In this document: positions 63,893 to 64,000 of the stretch, in pieces
How positions within the stretch are numbered: the stretch's first letter is position 1
How the letters are laid out: every line of letters begins with the position of its first letter
From: Tubiluchus corallicola
Lineage: Eukaryota; Animalia; Priapulida
Length of the DNA stretch: 64,000 bases
Assembly (NCBI GenBank): GCA_030141605.1
Contig: JAQGDQ010000889.1
Coordinates: forward strand, 1-64,000
Reading direction: 5' to 3'
Program-made: the position numbers and the translations under genes
The notes under the pieces: model-generated
Database searches by the model: none
What the model saw: the letters and a program-made list of their open reading frames with translations, nothing else
Told to the model about the DNA's origin: nothing

Positions 63893-64000
63893 CTGAAATA
63901 AGAACAGTTTAGTCTACGACTAAACAAAAATAAACCACAAGCGTTTGTACAAATGAATTTTGTGAAATTTTGCAAAAAAACTAGGTCTAATGTCTTTTTG

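Overview
AT-rich eukaryotic (invertebrate animal-type) genomic DNA with GT-AG introns and a very dense load of non-autonomous transposons. Protein-coding content: (1) a small zinc-finger cluster at about 4.9-23.4 kb. It holds two minus-strand paralogues sharing an unusual N-terminal C2H2-like module (CxxCSECFM...HxxTWHCKILVSEG) but with different C-termini, and a plus-strand exon of 18 nearly identical 84-bp C2H2 fingers that vary almost only at DNA-contacting positions. (2) A two-exon MS4A/CD20-like four-TM gene at 31-32.3 kb. (3) A five-exon YAF2/RYBP gene at 35.2-55.2 kb carrying an extra, frame-preserving RS/RE-rich exon. (4) The 3' three exons of a minus-strand single-domain rhodanese gene at 59.9-63.9 kb; one of its introns holds a 5S-rRNA-headed, LINE-5'UTR-like element. 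The rest is hAT, piggyBac-like, Kolobok-like and Tc1/mariner MITEs (several nested, many with clean TSDs), two non-autonomous Helitrons (one with a head-to-tail junction), LINE 3' ends, a probable solo LTR with a long hairpin, and several mini- and microsatellites. All gene models and coordinates were read by eye; no database searches were run.
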